Shown here in pieces: positions 14,328 to 26,900 of a stretch of 64,000 nt of DNA. The notes beneath the pieces were generated by a model, which saw only the letters and a list, made by a program, of their open reading frames with translations, ran no database searches and was not told the DNA's origin. The translations under genes and the position numbers were made by a program. The DNA is taken from the NCBI GenBank assembly GCA_951406725.2, contig OX597820.1:29202001-29266000 (forward strand). Direction: 5' to 3'. Position 1 is the stretch's first letter. Each line of letters opens with the position of its first letter. The stretch is from Octopus vulgaris (taxonomy: Eukaryota).

Positions 14328-14377
<50 letters not shown>

Positions 14378-14421
14378 TATATATACGTATGTATATATGA
14401 TATCATATATTATGCTATATG

Positions 14422-14470
<49 letters not shown>

Positions 14471-14550
14471 CGGTGTGCCTATATGTGTCTACTAATATAC
14501 AAATGTTCTTGTGTGTGTGTGTATGTGTGTGTATGTGTGTGCGTGCGTGC

Positions 14551-14602
<52 letters not shown>

Positions 14603-14683
14603 TATATTCCTGTGAGAATATGATTTCAATCAACCAAAAAGATTACAAATTTATAATTGAATATGTTCAGCTGAGTTGTTTTT

Positions 14684-14719
<36 letters not shown>

Positions 14720-15173
14720 CAATTTCATTCGAATCAATATTGTTAGATATTCATAGCAGAACACATCCCTAGTCTGAAGTTATGCCAAATTCTATACCAA
14801 TCAGCAACTCCAGAGTTTTGATTAGGGTTTTCAGTACAAGATTATAAGGATTCCTCCAAGCGTTGGAGATAGGGACTACTAATTGGCAAAAACTATTATC
14901 CATCAATTCAACTTTTATTTTTATTCACTACTTCACATCCAGTGACTAATTTCTAATTTTTCATAGAGTATTTTATCTCACTTGGCCATCGTAATATCCT
15001 TGAATAGAAGTAGCAGTAATATCGCAATTGAACCACAATTATCTTCTGTAAAAAACGGAAGGACATATTAAAACGTGTTGTCCGAAATACACAGTTCTTG
15101 AAAAAAGACAAAATAGGCAACAACTTGAGTTTCTTTTTATTATGTTTGCTCAATCCAGACCGAGCTAAATAAT

Positions 15174-16151
15174 TATTTCTAGTCTAGGCACAAGGCTTTG
15201 GGAAATGGGGATAGTCGATTACATTGACCCCAGTGCGTAACTGGTACTTATTTAATCGACCCCGAAAGGATGAAAGGCAAAGTCGACCTCGGCGGAAATT
15301 TGAACTCAGAGCGTAGCGGCAGACGAAATACAGCTAATCATTTCGCCCGGCGTGCTAACGATTCTTATTTCTTTACTACCCACAAGGGGCTAAACATAGA
15401 GGGGATAAACAAGGACAGACAAACGGATTAAGTCGATTACATCGACCCCAGTGTGTAACTGGTACTTAATTTATCGACCCCGAAAGGATGAAAGGCAAAG
15501 TCGACCTCGGCGGAATTTGAACTCAGAACGTAGCGGTAGACGAAATTCCTATTTCTTTACAACCCATAATCGGCTAAACACAGAGAGGACAAACAAGGAC
15601 AGACAAAGGGATTAAGTTGATTACATCGACCCCAGTGCGTAGCTGGTACTTAATTTATCGACTCCGAAAGGATGAAAGGCAAAGTCGACCTCGGCGGAAT
15701 TTGAACTCAGAACGTAGCGGCAGACGAAATACCTATTTCTTTACAACCCATAATCGGCTAAACACAGAGAGGACAAACAAGGACAGACAAAGGGATTAAG
15801 TCGATTACATCGACTCCAGTGCGTAGCTGGTACTTAATTTATCGACCCCGAAAGGATGAAAGGCAAAGTCGACCTCGGCAGAATTTGAACTCAGAACGTA
15901 GCGGCAGACGAAATACCTATTTCTTTACAACCCATAATCGGCTAAACACAGAGAGGACAAACAAGGACAGACAAAGGGATTAAGTCGATTACATCGACTC
16001 CAGTGCGTAGCTGGTACTTAATTTATCGACCCCGAAAGGATGAAAGGCAAAGTCGACCTCGGCAGAATTTGAACTCAGAGCGTAGCGGAAGACGAAATAC
16101 TGCCCGAAATACTGCCCGGCGTACTAACATTTCTGCCAGCTCGCTGCCTTG
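15174..16151 (-). mobile_element. Head-to-tail array of about five SINE family B units
   Basis: Period about 183-185 bp; core GCCTTTCATCCTTTCGGGGTCGATAAATTAAGTACCAG; 16-bp TSD GACCGAGCTAAATAAT at 15158-15173 and 16152-16167. Confidence 0.9.
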
Positions 16152-16523
16152 GACCGAGCTAAATAATAACTATGGCAACAATATTTATTCCTTAGTCAGA
16201 AGAAAAGGCAAGATATTCGACCCGATGATGCGCCCACACACGGCTATTGTTGAATAATATCCAACTATAAACTAATTATAATGTATTCACAGCGCCCGAG
16301 GCTCTGAATTCCTTCACAAAACGAGCAACTTAAAGCTGATGTGTGCTGCAGAAACAAACGTTATGATCTATTATTAAAGCCTGATAGCCTTCAACCTCGT
16401 CTTACGTTAGTCTTACATCAACCTTATGCAAAAAGGACTTCCACATTTTTATTCAGTCCCGGAATATATCCTTCTGTAGGATATCATGTGGTAGCCAAAT
16501 AATGGCATAAATGTTCTTAAATA

Positions 16524-16930
16524 GTCGCAGGAGTAGCTGTGTGGTAAGTAGCTTGCTTACCAACCACATGGTTCCAGGTTCAGTTCCACTACGTGGCACC
16601 TTGGGCAAGTGTCTTCTACTATAGCCTCTGGCCGACCAAAGCCTTGAGTGGATTTGGTTGACGGAAACTGAAAGACGCCCGTCGAATATATGTATATGTA
16701 TATATGTTTGGGGGTGTTTGTGTATCTGTGTTTGTCCCCCCAACATCGCTTGACAACCGATGGTGGTGTGTTTACGTCCCCGTAACTTAGCGGTTCGGCA
16801 ATAGAGACCGATGGAATAAGTACTAGGTTTACAAAGAATAAGTTCTGGGGTCGACTTCCTCGACTAAAGGCGGTGCTCCAGCATGGTCGCAGTCAAGTGG
16901 CTGAAACAAGTAAAAGAGTAAAAAGAGTAA
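16524..16930 (+). mobile_element. SINE family A
   Basis: Full-length match to consensus. Confidence 0.9.
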
Positions 16931-17900
16931 ATGTATGTTATGAGGTTTTTTACCCAAATTATACTCTGTGGGGAGCGGAGAGGAGTCGGGCTCTACACAT
17001 AGAAACGTCTAGTTATTTTGACTAAAGTATCAAACTCCAAAATATTCAGCCGACTTTATTGAACCGATTATGACATTCCAGTAATTTACAGACTGTGGAA
17101 TCCATGTTTCTACATTGAGATATTATAGTGTGAATAGTTTATAGTTTGTCATATATAGGGTGATATAATGTTGGTGTTGTTGTTGTTGTTGTTGTTATTG
17201 TTGTTGTTCAGCCCTTGGTCAGTCATAGTCCAGTAATTCTGTAGTCAAATGTACACCCATTCCAATGTTTCTAGTTTTTCTTTCAAACACTATATATCTA
17301 AAAACTATTTTATCAGATACATCCTTTCTTTTAGCAAAAAATATCTGTTGCATATGATTTGAGGGAGATTTTGCTGTTATTTCTAGCATGTCGAGTGACT
17401 ACATGAAAGATCATTACTTATTGGGTTATAAATGCCTGCACAGAAACTGGCAAGATTTGGGTGTGGGACAGATATTTTGTGAAGGAATTCAGAGCCTCGG
17501 GCGCTGTAAATCCTTGTTATGCTGTTGACTCCGTAATAAAAAATAGGTTCCGTATTGCTTATTAGACAAGAAAAATATTTATATGTAAGAATGGGATTCT
17601 TGAAGATGGTAGAAGAATGCGCTGATAAAAAAAACTATGGAACATGAAAACATGATAGGTGAGGTTAGTAATACACGCATTTTAAAATTGTTTTATAACC
17701 GTTACCCACATCAGTGAGGGCATGAAACTGTATGAGACAGACTGTGGTTACTATATTAAGTAAGTCGGGACAGCTACTTAACATAGCTATCCGCGATAAT
17801 TTAACAGTAATAGTAACAAGAACCACAACACAAACGCCAGTTTTATATACGAATTCGCATTCAGTGAAAAAGCAAGCGTCAGACAAACACAACAGCGTCC

Positions 17901-18090
17901 ATGGAGACGCAATGACCCAGCGCTTAGGGCAGCGGACTCGCGGTCGTAAGGACACGGTTTCGATTCCCAGACCGGACATTGTGAGCGTTTATTGAGCAAA
18001 AACACCCTAAGTTCCACGAGGCTCCGGCGGGTTGGTGGTGGTGAACCCGGCTGTACTCTTTCACTACAACTTTCTCTCACTCTTTCTTCC
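17901..18090 (+). mobile_element. SINE family C, 3'-truncated
   Basis: Same head as the copies at 26429, 30346 and 38941. Confidence 0.8.
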
Positions 18091-18383
18091 TACTTCTGCC
18101 ACAAAGCAGAGGAACCATGGTGTAACCCACTATGGTGTGGTAAACTTTCAGACCCTAGTCTAGATTGCGAATCCTCTATATCCCAGGATGGTTCAGCTCT
18201 CCACCCGTTAAAAGCCATCGTTTACGGAATGAGGATAACAACGTAGCTTTCGCGCCCGTGCAACCGCCAGTTTATCGCGTGTGGTGGGTGGATCTTCAAG
18301 TTACCACACGCATTCTTAGTAGCTTAGAGTAGGCTCGAATTAGAGATTATTCTTTGTGGCTAATGGTGTGAGTCTTGATTGGT

Positions 18384-18652
18384 AGAAGAAGAAGAAGAAG
18401 AAGAAGAAGAAGAAGAAGAAGAAGGGGGAGGAGGAGGGGGAGGAGGAGAAGAAGAAGAGGAAGAGGAGGAGGAGGAGGAGGAGGGGGAGGATGAGGAAGG
18501 AGGAGGAAGAGGAGAAGAAGAAGAAGAAGAAGAAGAAGAAGAAGAAGAAGAAGAAGAAGAAGAAAAAAAAGAAGAAAAAAGAAAAAGAAGAAGAAGAAGA
18601 AGAAGAAGAAGAAGAAGAAGAAGAAGAAGAAGAAGAAGACGACGACGACGAC
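18384..18652. repeat. (GAA)n/(GGA)n purine-rich simple repeat
   Basis: Direct reading. Confidence 0.95.
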
Positions 18653-19439
18653 AGCGTCCGTCCCCGATGTATTAACAAGGTTATGTTAAACAGCACAATT
18701 TCGAAATCGTTTCTTACATAATGACAGTGTTTTAAGGGTGAAGAAATGGTACTTGGGTCTTGGGTGTTTTTCCTAAGTAAAATCAAATAACATTAGACAG
18801 GAATCGAAACCAGATCATGAAACCCAATTTACATTTTGTTTCTAAAGGCAGAACTAAGGCTTTCACTTTTTAATGTTTTTAATTTGTTTCTGTGTTTCGT
18901 TTGCGGCATAATAGTGCACAGCAGTACGCTGTTTGCGAACCACGGGATTATACGCTCCCAAGGATTCGAAGTCTTATGCTTGTATTAGCTACCTACATTA
19001 CATGAATTAAATACGCAATTTAAAGAAGATCCAGTGACGATGGAAGGGAGATAAATATCTCTTACCTGATTATCACCATTAAACCGGAATTAAATGCTGG
19101 TTGTTATGAACCTTTGGTGATATTAGTGATATTTCATCCTGAATAAAATCTAAATTGCTGGTTAAGTCTTAAGCCCGTGCGAGATAATGATGTCATCGTA
19201 ATTGAAGTCGTGTATTTATTGATGTTAACGTTACGCGACCAAATAAGTAATACCGAATATTTGTTGATATTTATCAGACGTAAAATACGGGATTGTGACA
19301 TTAACAGAACTAATGAGGTTCAGTAAGACAAGCGTAGCTATGTGGTAAAGAGATTAGCTTCATGGCTATTAAGCTGGGCGTTCGATTCCGTTGCAGGGCA
19401 TTTTTTCGGTAGGTGGTGGTGGTGGTGGGGGGAATATAG

Positions 19440-19750
19440 GTACATGCGTAGATGGGTGGTAAAATGTTTGCTTCCCAACTACATGGTATCGGGCTCAATT
19501 CCACTGTGTGGAACGTGGGACAAATGTCTTCTACTATAACCTCAGGTTGTCCAAAATCTTATGATTAAACGGAAACTGAAAGAAGCCTATTGTGTGTGTG
19601 TATGTGTGTGTGTGTGTGTGAATCTATATCTGTGTCTTTTTGCTGGCATTTGTCTCCCAGCGCTGCTTGACAACCGATGTTAGTTTATTTACATCCCCCG
19701 TAACTTAGGACTTCGACAAAAGAAATCGATTGAATAAGTACCTGGCTTAA
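19440..19750 (+). mobile_element. SINE family A (old, diverged)
   Basis: Degenerate head, (TG)n and partial tail. Confidence 0.7.
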
Positions 19751-19773
19751 GGAAATAAGTAACAGTAAATATA

Positions 19774-20207
19774 GGCGCAGGTATGGCTGTGTGGTAAGAA
19801 GCTTGCGAACCAACTGCATTGTTCTGTGTTCAGTCTTACTGCGTGGCATTTTGGGAAAGTGTCTTCTACTATAGTTTCGGGCCGACTAAAGATTTGTGAA
19901 TGGGTTTGGTAGACAGAAACTGAAAGAAGCCGATCGTGTGTATGTGTGTGTATGTATGTGTGTGTGCGCGCCTGTGTGTGTGTGCTTGTGTGTGTCTCTG
20001 TGTGTTCCCTACCACCGCTTGACAACCGGTGTTGGTGTGTTTATGTCCCCGTAACCTAGCGGGTCGGCAAAAAAGGAGCTAATAGAATAAGTACCAGGCT
20101 TATAATAAAAATAAGTACTGGGGTCGATTCATTCGACTAAAAATCCTTCGAGACGCTGCTCCTGCATGGCCGCAGTCTAATCATTGAAACAAGTAAACGA
20201 TAAAAGA
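19774..20207 (+). mobile_element. SINE family A
   Basis: Full-length, diverged. Confidence 0.85.
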
Positions 20208-21456
20208 CACACACATATACATATATATCTACACACACACACACACGCATATGGCTCTTTCTCTAGAGTGCTATTAACCTCTAAATTTATTTTCTGACCA
20301 AGCTAAATACGCCTCCTTATACTAAATTAATTAATTAATTAATTAATGTATTTATGTGATTCGTTGTGTGTCTCGTAATTATTGTCGTGTAAGGTTATAG
20401 ATTTCCAAAAAGTATTGGCGAACACATTTTTTCTCAACTGTCTACCTATACCAAGCGATGTAATATCAGTTAATATCGAAGATCAACGACTTCCTGTATA
20501 AATCTGTTCACCATTTTTCCGATCAGTTGAAAAAAAAAAAACATCATTTTATTTTCCTTTTTAACTTGTGTTAATAGTATTTTTCTTTCATTATAATTTC
20601 TTATTTTTGTCTTTATTTAAAACGAAGTGAAGGTTACAACCAAAATTATATTTCAGCATAATCACAAAATTACATCGAAATTCGATTAAATTGAATTAAA
20701 GCAACAAAAAAAAATGATATAATATAAAAAAATAAAAACAGCAAATTAATATAATATCGTAAGCGACCAGAATTAATGATACCCCATGCGACATTAAGTA
20801 ATTAAACGATAACTTGAGATTATAGTCTAAACTTTAAAATTGACAAATTAATTAAACCTTTTTATACAATTATGTAGGAATTACCATCTTTCGTGTGAAA
20901 TTCTGCAGAGATTACAGTCATCTTTCTTCATTAACTTAGGAATTTGAGTTTGCCGAAAAGAAGCCGTGTTATATAGATATGTATAGTGTGTGTGTATGTG
21001 TGTGTGTGCGCGCGCATGTTTAATGTTTGTATCTGTCTGTACAAATGATTTTATTCAAAATATTCCTTTACCAGATTCACACACTTATTGCAGTGGTCCT
21101 TCAGTTTTTCTAAGCCTTGTAAAAAACAATCGGAAGGCTGGGCCTCCAGTTAGGCCTTTCACGACACCCTTAAAGCCAGGAACTTTTCAACATCCCTTCG
21201 TATATGTGTTTATATAAAAATAAATATGAACAAGAAGGATCGACAATACTCAATACTGAAAATACTTGATATTGTATACATTGAAAGAACGATACGCATT
21301 CCGCTTCTAATAAATGTCATAGACAAACACACAGAGAGGAGAGCAGACAGACTGACAGACACACACACACAGTGGGGGAACCTAATATTTGGGGAAATTT
21401 GGGGGAGGGGTAGTCGATTACATCGACCCCTGTACTCAGGTTTTAGCTTTAAGGTT

Positions 21457-21514
21457 TTAGGGTTAGGGATAGGGTTTTAGGGTTAGGGCTAGAGTTTTAG
21501 GGTTAGGGTTAGGT
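21457..21514 (+). repeat. Degenerate (TTAGGG)n tract
   Basis: ttagggttagggatagggttttagggttagggctagagttttagggttagggttagg. Confidence 0.7.
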
Positions 21515-21779
21515 TGTCATAAATAACAGTGACAAACGAAATATACACCGCCGGGAGTTCTTGTTGACAAACAGCAGCAGTAATTTTATTCAGTTGAATA
21601 CACGTCATTGATTGGTTGAAATTGCCGAAATACGACAACTTTAACGTGAAATAACTTCCTAAATATAAGCTTTTCTCAAAAACACTAAGAGTAAAAGATG
21701 CTTTATATGACACATTCTACCAGTGTCCGAAGTTTGAAAGTGTTTAGTTACAAAAAATTATTTTTTAAATCTGTCGGTC

Positions 21780-22373
21780 AAAAGGTGAAGATCCGGAAAA
21801 AGTAACTAAGAAAGAATGGGAAAATAAATGGCATATGGTGACATATGCGAAAAGCACGGAAAGTGAAAAGAAGATAAAGAAAAGGAAGATGGTAATAAGA
21901 GTGAAGCTAACACCAGAATTTTATCCTGAGAGTACTAAGGCAATTGTGATTGACAACGAGAGGTGTGAGAGACTAAGAGAATTGATTGGAAGCAAGATAG
22001 ACTCAATGGGGGATGCGCGTGGAGTTCGATGACTTACCGCCAGTAATAGATTACAGGAACTTAATACCTTACATAAAATGGTGAGAAAAAGGAAAAAGAA
22101 AACGAGAAAAGAAAAGTAAGTGTTTGAAATTCTATGACTGTAAAACAGATGAAAAGAAAAGGAAAAAAGAGAAAAATGAAAAATGATATAAAAACGTTAA
22201 ACAAAAACATTTAAATGATTCTGCTTGCGAATGGGGAGCATGCAGCCATTTCGCATTCATTATTATAATTCATCCTCCATTCGTTCGTTCTGTGTTTTGT
22301 CCCCACTGTAATGTCCTATCTGTCCTTGTGCTGTCCCCTCTGTGTATGAGGCTAAGTGCTTAAATAAGAAATA
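21780..22373 (+). mobile_element. 5'-truncated copy of the ORF1-only retroposon family
   Basis: MVIRVKLTPEFYPESTKAIVIDNERCERLRELIG then frameshift to FDDLPPVIDYRNLIPYIK; 3'UTR hairpin; tail TGTCCCCTCT...AATAAGAAATA. Confidence 0.72.
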
Positions 22374-22729
22374 CAGTTGGTTCCAGACTTTCTAAGGTCT
22401 AACTACTGAGCACATTACAGCGACCGCCATTTTCGTCGCCACCTCTGATGTCTCTCACCAACATCTACACAACACCAACACACTGCATTGGTTCCAATAT
22501 ATTGCTGTTCATGAGCTTTCTTCACCAGGGTTAACAGCTAATATACAACCCACGCAGATGCATGTAGATATATGAACAAATGTACATCAACCACTTCCAT
22601 TCAGCTTGTGTATATATACGTGTGACCACAATAAACGTATTTAAAGTTGTCACCCTTGTTCCATGTATTTCTTTACCGGGTTCCTACCAAAACAAGATTA
22701 CAACCTTCTGAGCGGAGTCTCATTAGATG

Positions 22730-22943
22730 ACACCACAACCTAGTCCAGTCTGTGCGGATTTTCTCCAATGATATTAAGATGGAGTTTGGACCCTCAAAAT
22801 GGGCCAGGATAGTGATGAAACGAGGAAAGCTTGCCAGGACACAAGGCATGTGGTTGCCAAGTGGTAAAATGATGAAGGCAATTCAACCTCAATCCAGTTA
22901 TCGATACCTGAGAATACTTGAGACAGATGTAATGAAAATCTAA
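22730..22943 (+). mobile_element. R4/Dong-like non-LTR RT fragment
   Basis: VRIFSNDIKMEFGPSKWARIVMKRGK...YRYLRILE resembles RT domains 6-7 of restriction-endonuclease-type LINEs. Confidence 0.65.
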
Positions 22944-24094
22944 GTAGTACTCCATGGAATTTGAACTCAGAAAGTCAAAAATCGAAAAATAAATATTGAC
23001 TCTTTGCAATAAAGAATAATAATAGTTTTTCTCATTCCTCTAATTCTTAGATGAAACGTTAAATATACTCATTCTCCTCACAACTTGACATACATAATTC
23101 GTGTATTTTCACGTTAGTCGAAATAACTGTAAATGAAAATAGAAGACGAGTCGCCTAGTCACCTTCCGGTAGATTACCAACTACTCTACACCTACTGTTT
23201 TCCTAAAAATAAATGAACTGTTATGTTAAATTGTTATTATATGAGAGACACTAAATGATTAGAGACGTTACATTGCTTGAATCTTCCTCGTCTGAAAGCC
23301 GTCCTAACACCAACACCACCACAACTGTCATCATTACAACAACTACTCCTACCACTATTTCTTGACTATCACCAATCGGCAATTTGTAACACATATAACA
23401 CGACGAGAATCGTTCAATTTTGGCGTTCTATCAAACCACCTAACTGCCCCACTGATAATTCAATAGTGTTAACTCTCAGAGCAACATCACACAGTCTGTT
23501 TCCGCTACAATTTGAGCGGATGGGGTGATGAAGGAGCGAGAAGAAAAAAAAATCAAAAGACAGACGTGACCAGAATTAACAACAGTGCTGTGTACTTCTG
23601 AATAAATGGCCAATGTAACAACATTAGTATTAACCACTCGAGTTGATCAACCGAGAATATACAAGAGTCTTCAACGATGTTACTGAAACACTTTAAGTAA
23701 ATTAGCCACTTATCCGTTTAATAGTAATTTTAACCCTATCATACCGCTAATCATTATCTGTTTCAAATGGTGAGCATAGATTTGTCTGTGTTTGATGAAG
23801 TAGTTCGCTTCGCAGTCAGATGGTTTTTCAGTTCTTCAATGCAACGCAGCAGTATTTGAGGGGGAAATATCTTCAACCACAGCTTCATATCAAGTATATC
23901 ATATCTTCATAGGGCATCCATCTTTCATCATCTCTCTTTCTCTCCTTCTCTCTCTCTCTCCTTATCATATCTCCTTTTTCCCCTCTTCTCTCTCAATCTC
24001 TTTATCTATCTGTCTGTCTATTTACCTAGCTATCTTAATTCCTTTTCTTCTTCTTTATCCCACACCTTCATATCGTATCCACCATTTCCCTCTT

Positions 24095-24176
<82 letters not shown>

Positions 24177-24224
24177 ACCCTGTTTCCAATCCTGTATATC
24201 TCTCTATGCATCGGTATACATTTC

Positions 24225-24459
24225 TAATTTTATTTACGTTATTTACATTTGACGGATATTTGCCCCCATCTTGTTTCGGCTGATATACCCTCAAGCCTTC
24301 ATCAGGTGTCTTGGGGAAATTTCGAACCTGGGTTCTCATTCCTAAGGTATTTTTCGATGTTATTATTATTATTATTATTATTCAGGTAACTGCCTGGAAT
24401 CGAACTCGGAATCTTAAGTTAGTAGCCCACGCTCTTAACCACTACACCATATACCCGTG
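24225..24459 (-). mobile_element. tRNA-headed SINE with Penelope-like hammerhead-containing tail
   Basis: A box TGGTGTAGTGGTT, B box GAGTTCGATTCC, (AAT)n spacer, then CTGATGA-A-GGCT..AGCC-GAAAC. Confidence 0.65.
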
Positions 24460-24493
24460 AATAATAATAATTATTATTATTATTTTTATTATC

Positions 24494-24528
<35 letters not shown>

Positions 24529-24547
24529 CATTATCATTATCATTATT

Positions 24548-24620
<73 letters not shown>

Positions 24621-24629
24621 GTAGTAGTA

Positions 24630-24700
<71 letters not shown>
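24460..24700. repeat. (ATT)n/(AAT)n microsatellite
   Basis: Direct reading. Confidence 0.95.
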
Positions 24701-24701
<1 letters not shown>

Positions 24702-25256
24702 CCCTGATTCAGTACCAGGTAGTGGCTCTCATGGCTTCTGATCTTAACTGATTGGAAATGTTATCATGTACATTGTTTTATCTTGGTATAAAAGATGGGC
24801 TACAGCAAATATTCTGCTCAATACTACAGATTTGCTTGTCAGTTGTTTGACCTTAACCAGTTGAGCATGTCCCTTAGTGGCTGACGATATGTGCATCTCT
24901 GATCACGAGCAGAAGTAGTGGGGGAGCATCATAGCCATGTGTTGAGAGGGATTCTTTGGGGTTTGAATAATTCACCTCTGGAAACATAGGTGGTTCTTTC
25001 AACATCCTTAAACAATCCTTATTTTGAGCGGGATGGGCTACTCAACCTGAAGAAAATTCTAACTGGGCCCCACCTGCAAGGTCATGTGCTGTTTATCTTG
25101 ATATGAGATCACCATGTCGCGCACATATGGTTGTGATGCATGTGCCTGGTGTACCCTTATCAGACGGGTAGTCATGATGGGTATATTGGGCTTCGTATAT
25201 TTTACCCCAGTGTCACTTTGATGGCATGAACTGCTCTCTCACTCAATAATAATAAT
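24701..25256. mobile_element. Unclassified segment embedded in (TAA)n, possibly the UTR of a TAA-targeting R4/Dong-like LINE
   Basis: About 545 bp of complex sequence bounded on both sides by TAA repeats; no ORF; class is inference. Confidence 0.35.
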
Positions 25257-25334
25257 ATTACAGTACCATTTGAGCACTAAGGTCAATGTAATTGACAAGC
25301 ACACTCCCCAAAAATTTAAGGCTCCGTATATATA

Positions 25335-25564
25335 CAGTAATCCCTCGACTGCCGCGAGTGTTACGCTCCAGAAACCCCCGCGATAAGTGAAAATCTTGGA
25401 GGTTGATACACAACTGTATTGTATATATTTCGTTTCATTTTTATAATTTAAATATATATATATATATATATTATTATAAATGCAAAACAACACCACGGAG
25501 GAATCGGCGTAAGCTCAAATAATAAACCGCGATAGGTGAACCGCGATATGGCGAGGGATTACAG
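25335..25564. mobile_element. Tigger/pogo-like MITE
   Basis: TIR CAGTAATCCCTCG / CGAGGGATTACAG, TA on both sides. Confidence 0.75.
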
Positions 25565-25567
25565 TAT

Positions 25568-25644
<77 letters not shown>

Positions 25645-25649
25645 TATGT

Positions 25650-26132
25650 AAGGCCATGACCTGGCAGAGCTTAGCTGCATTTCGTCTGCCTTTACGTTCT
25701 GAATTCAAATACCACCTAGGTCTATTTTGCTTTTCCTCCTTTCAGGTTTGATAAAATAACTATCAGTTAAGCAGTGAGGATCGATATAATCGACTTAATC
25801 CCTCCCCCGAAATTGCTGGCCTTGTGTCAAATTTTGAAATCATTATTATTGAGGCGGCGAATGCGGCGAGCTGGCAGAAACGTTAGCACGCCGGGCGAAA
25901 TGCTTAGCAGTATTTCGTCTGCCGTTACGTTCTGAGTTCAAATTCCGCCGAGGTTGACTTTGCCTTTCATCCTTTCGGGGTCGATAAATTAAGTACCAGT
26001 TACGCACTGGGGTCGATGTAATCGACTTAATCCGTTTGTCTGTCCTTGTTTGTCCTCTCTGTTTAGCCCCTTGTGGGTAGTAAAGAAATAGGTATTTCGT
26101 CTGCCTTTACGTTCTGAGTTCAAATTCCGTCG
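25650..26132 (+). mobile_element. SINE family B copies (one diverged, one full-length plus partial repeat)
   Basis: GGCGAGCTGGCAGAA head, GAGTTCAAATTCC B box, tail ...GCCCCTTGTGGGTAGTAAAGAAATA. Confidence 0.85.
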
Positions 26133-26164
26133 AGGAATGTGTAGTGGGTAGCGATATATATATA

Positions 26165-26900
26165 CAGGGTGGCCCAAAAGTAGGTCTACAGTTATTCCAC
26201 TATCTCTTTCGCATTCATATATTAACAGTTTAGATCTTAATCATAAAAAAATATGAAACCATTATTCTACACAAATTCAGTTAATTTTGTCAAGCTCCCT
26301 TTTCAGTTTGTAATTGTTTTATTTTTTGAGGGTTTTTGTTTGTTTGTTTTTTTATAGGTACAGTAAAGTGTTAGTCACGGCAAACAATTTAAATTAAGAG
26401 AAAAGAAAGTGGATACTAAAGCAGTATTTATTTTATTTATATATGCGCCCTTTTCAAGCCTAGCCAGGCTCATGGGCCCGGTTTCCCGGTTTCTGTGGCG
26501 TATGTGTTACCCCCAGCTGGACTGGACGCCAGTCCATCACAGCGTTACTCAAGAAACATGAAGAAAGAGTGAGAGAAAGTTGGGACGAAAGAGTACAACA
26601 GGGTCACCACCACCCCCTGCGGGAGCCTCGTGGACCTTTTAGGTGTTTTCGCTCAATAAACACACACAACACCCGGTCTGGGAATCGAAACCGCGATCCT
26701 CCGACCGCGAGTCCACTGCCGTAACCACTGGGCCATTGCGCCTCCACCTAAAGCAGTATTGGAAGTCTAAAAATAACGAGCAGGTCCGCACAGCATGGCA
26801 AGAAGCCTTTCACACTGCTCCACCTTCACGCCAGACAATTTATCGGATAAAAAATAAATTTGATACCACAGGTTCAGTAAGTAATGCACCAAAACCTGAT
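26165..26900 (+). mobile_element. Tc1/mariner (rosa/DD41D-like) 5' remnant interrupted by a SINE
   Basis: TA-CAGGGTGGCCCAAAAGT TIR; KRKWILKQYWKSKNNEQVRTAWQEAFHTAPPSRQTIYRIKNKFDTTGSV HTH once the SINE is removed. Confidence 0.7.
26429..26747 (-). mobile_element. tRNA-derived SINE family C (V-domain-like motif)
   Basis: 13-bp TSD CTAAAGCAGTATT (26416-26428, 26748-26760); GATGGACTGGCGTCC motif. Confidence 0.9.

Noticed and set aside
22374-22690. Possible solo LTR (AATAAA, ends near ..CCA)
   Set aside because: No matching second LTR, clear TG start or TSD could be identified
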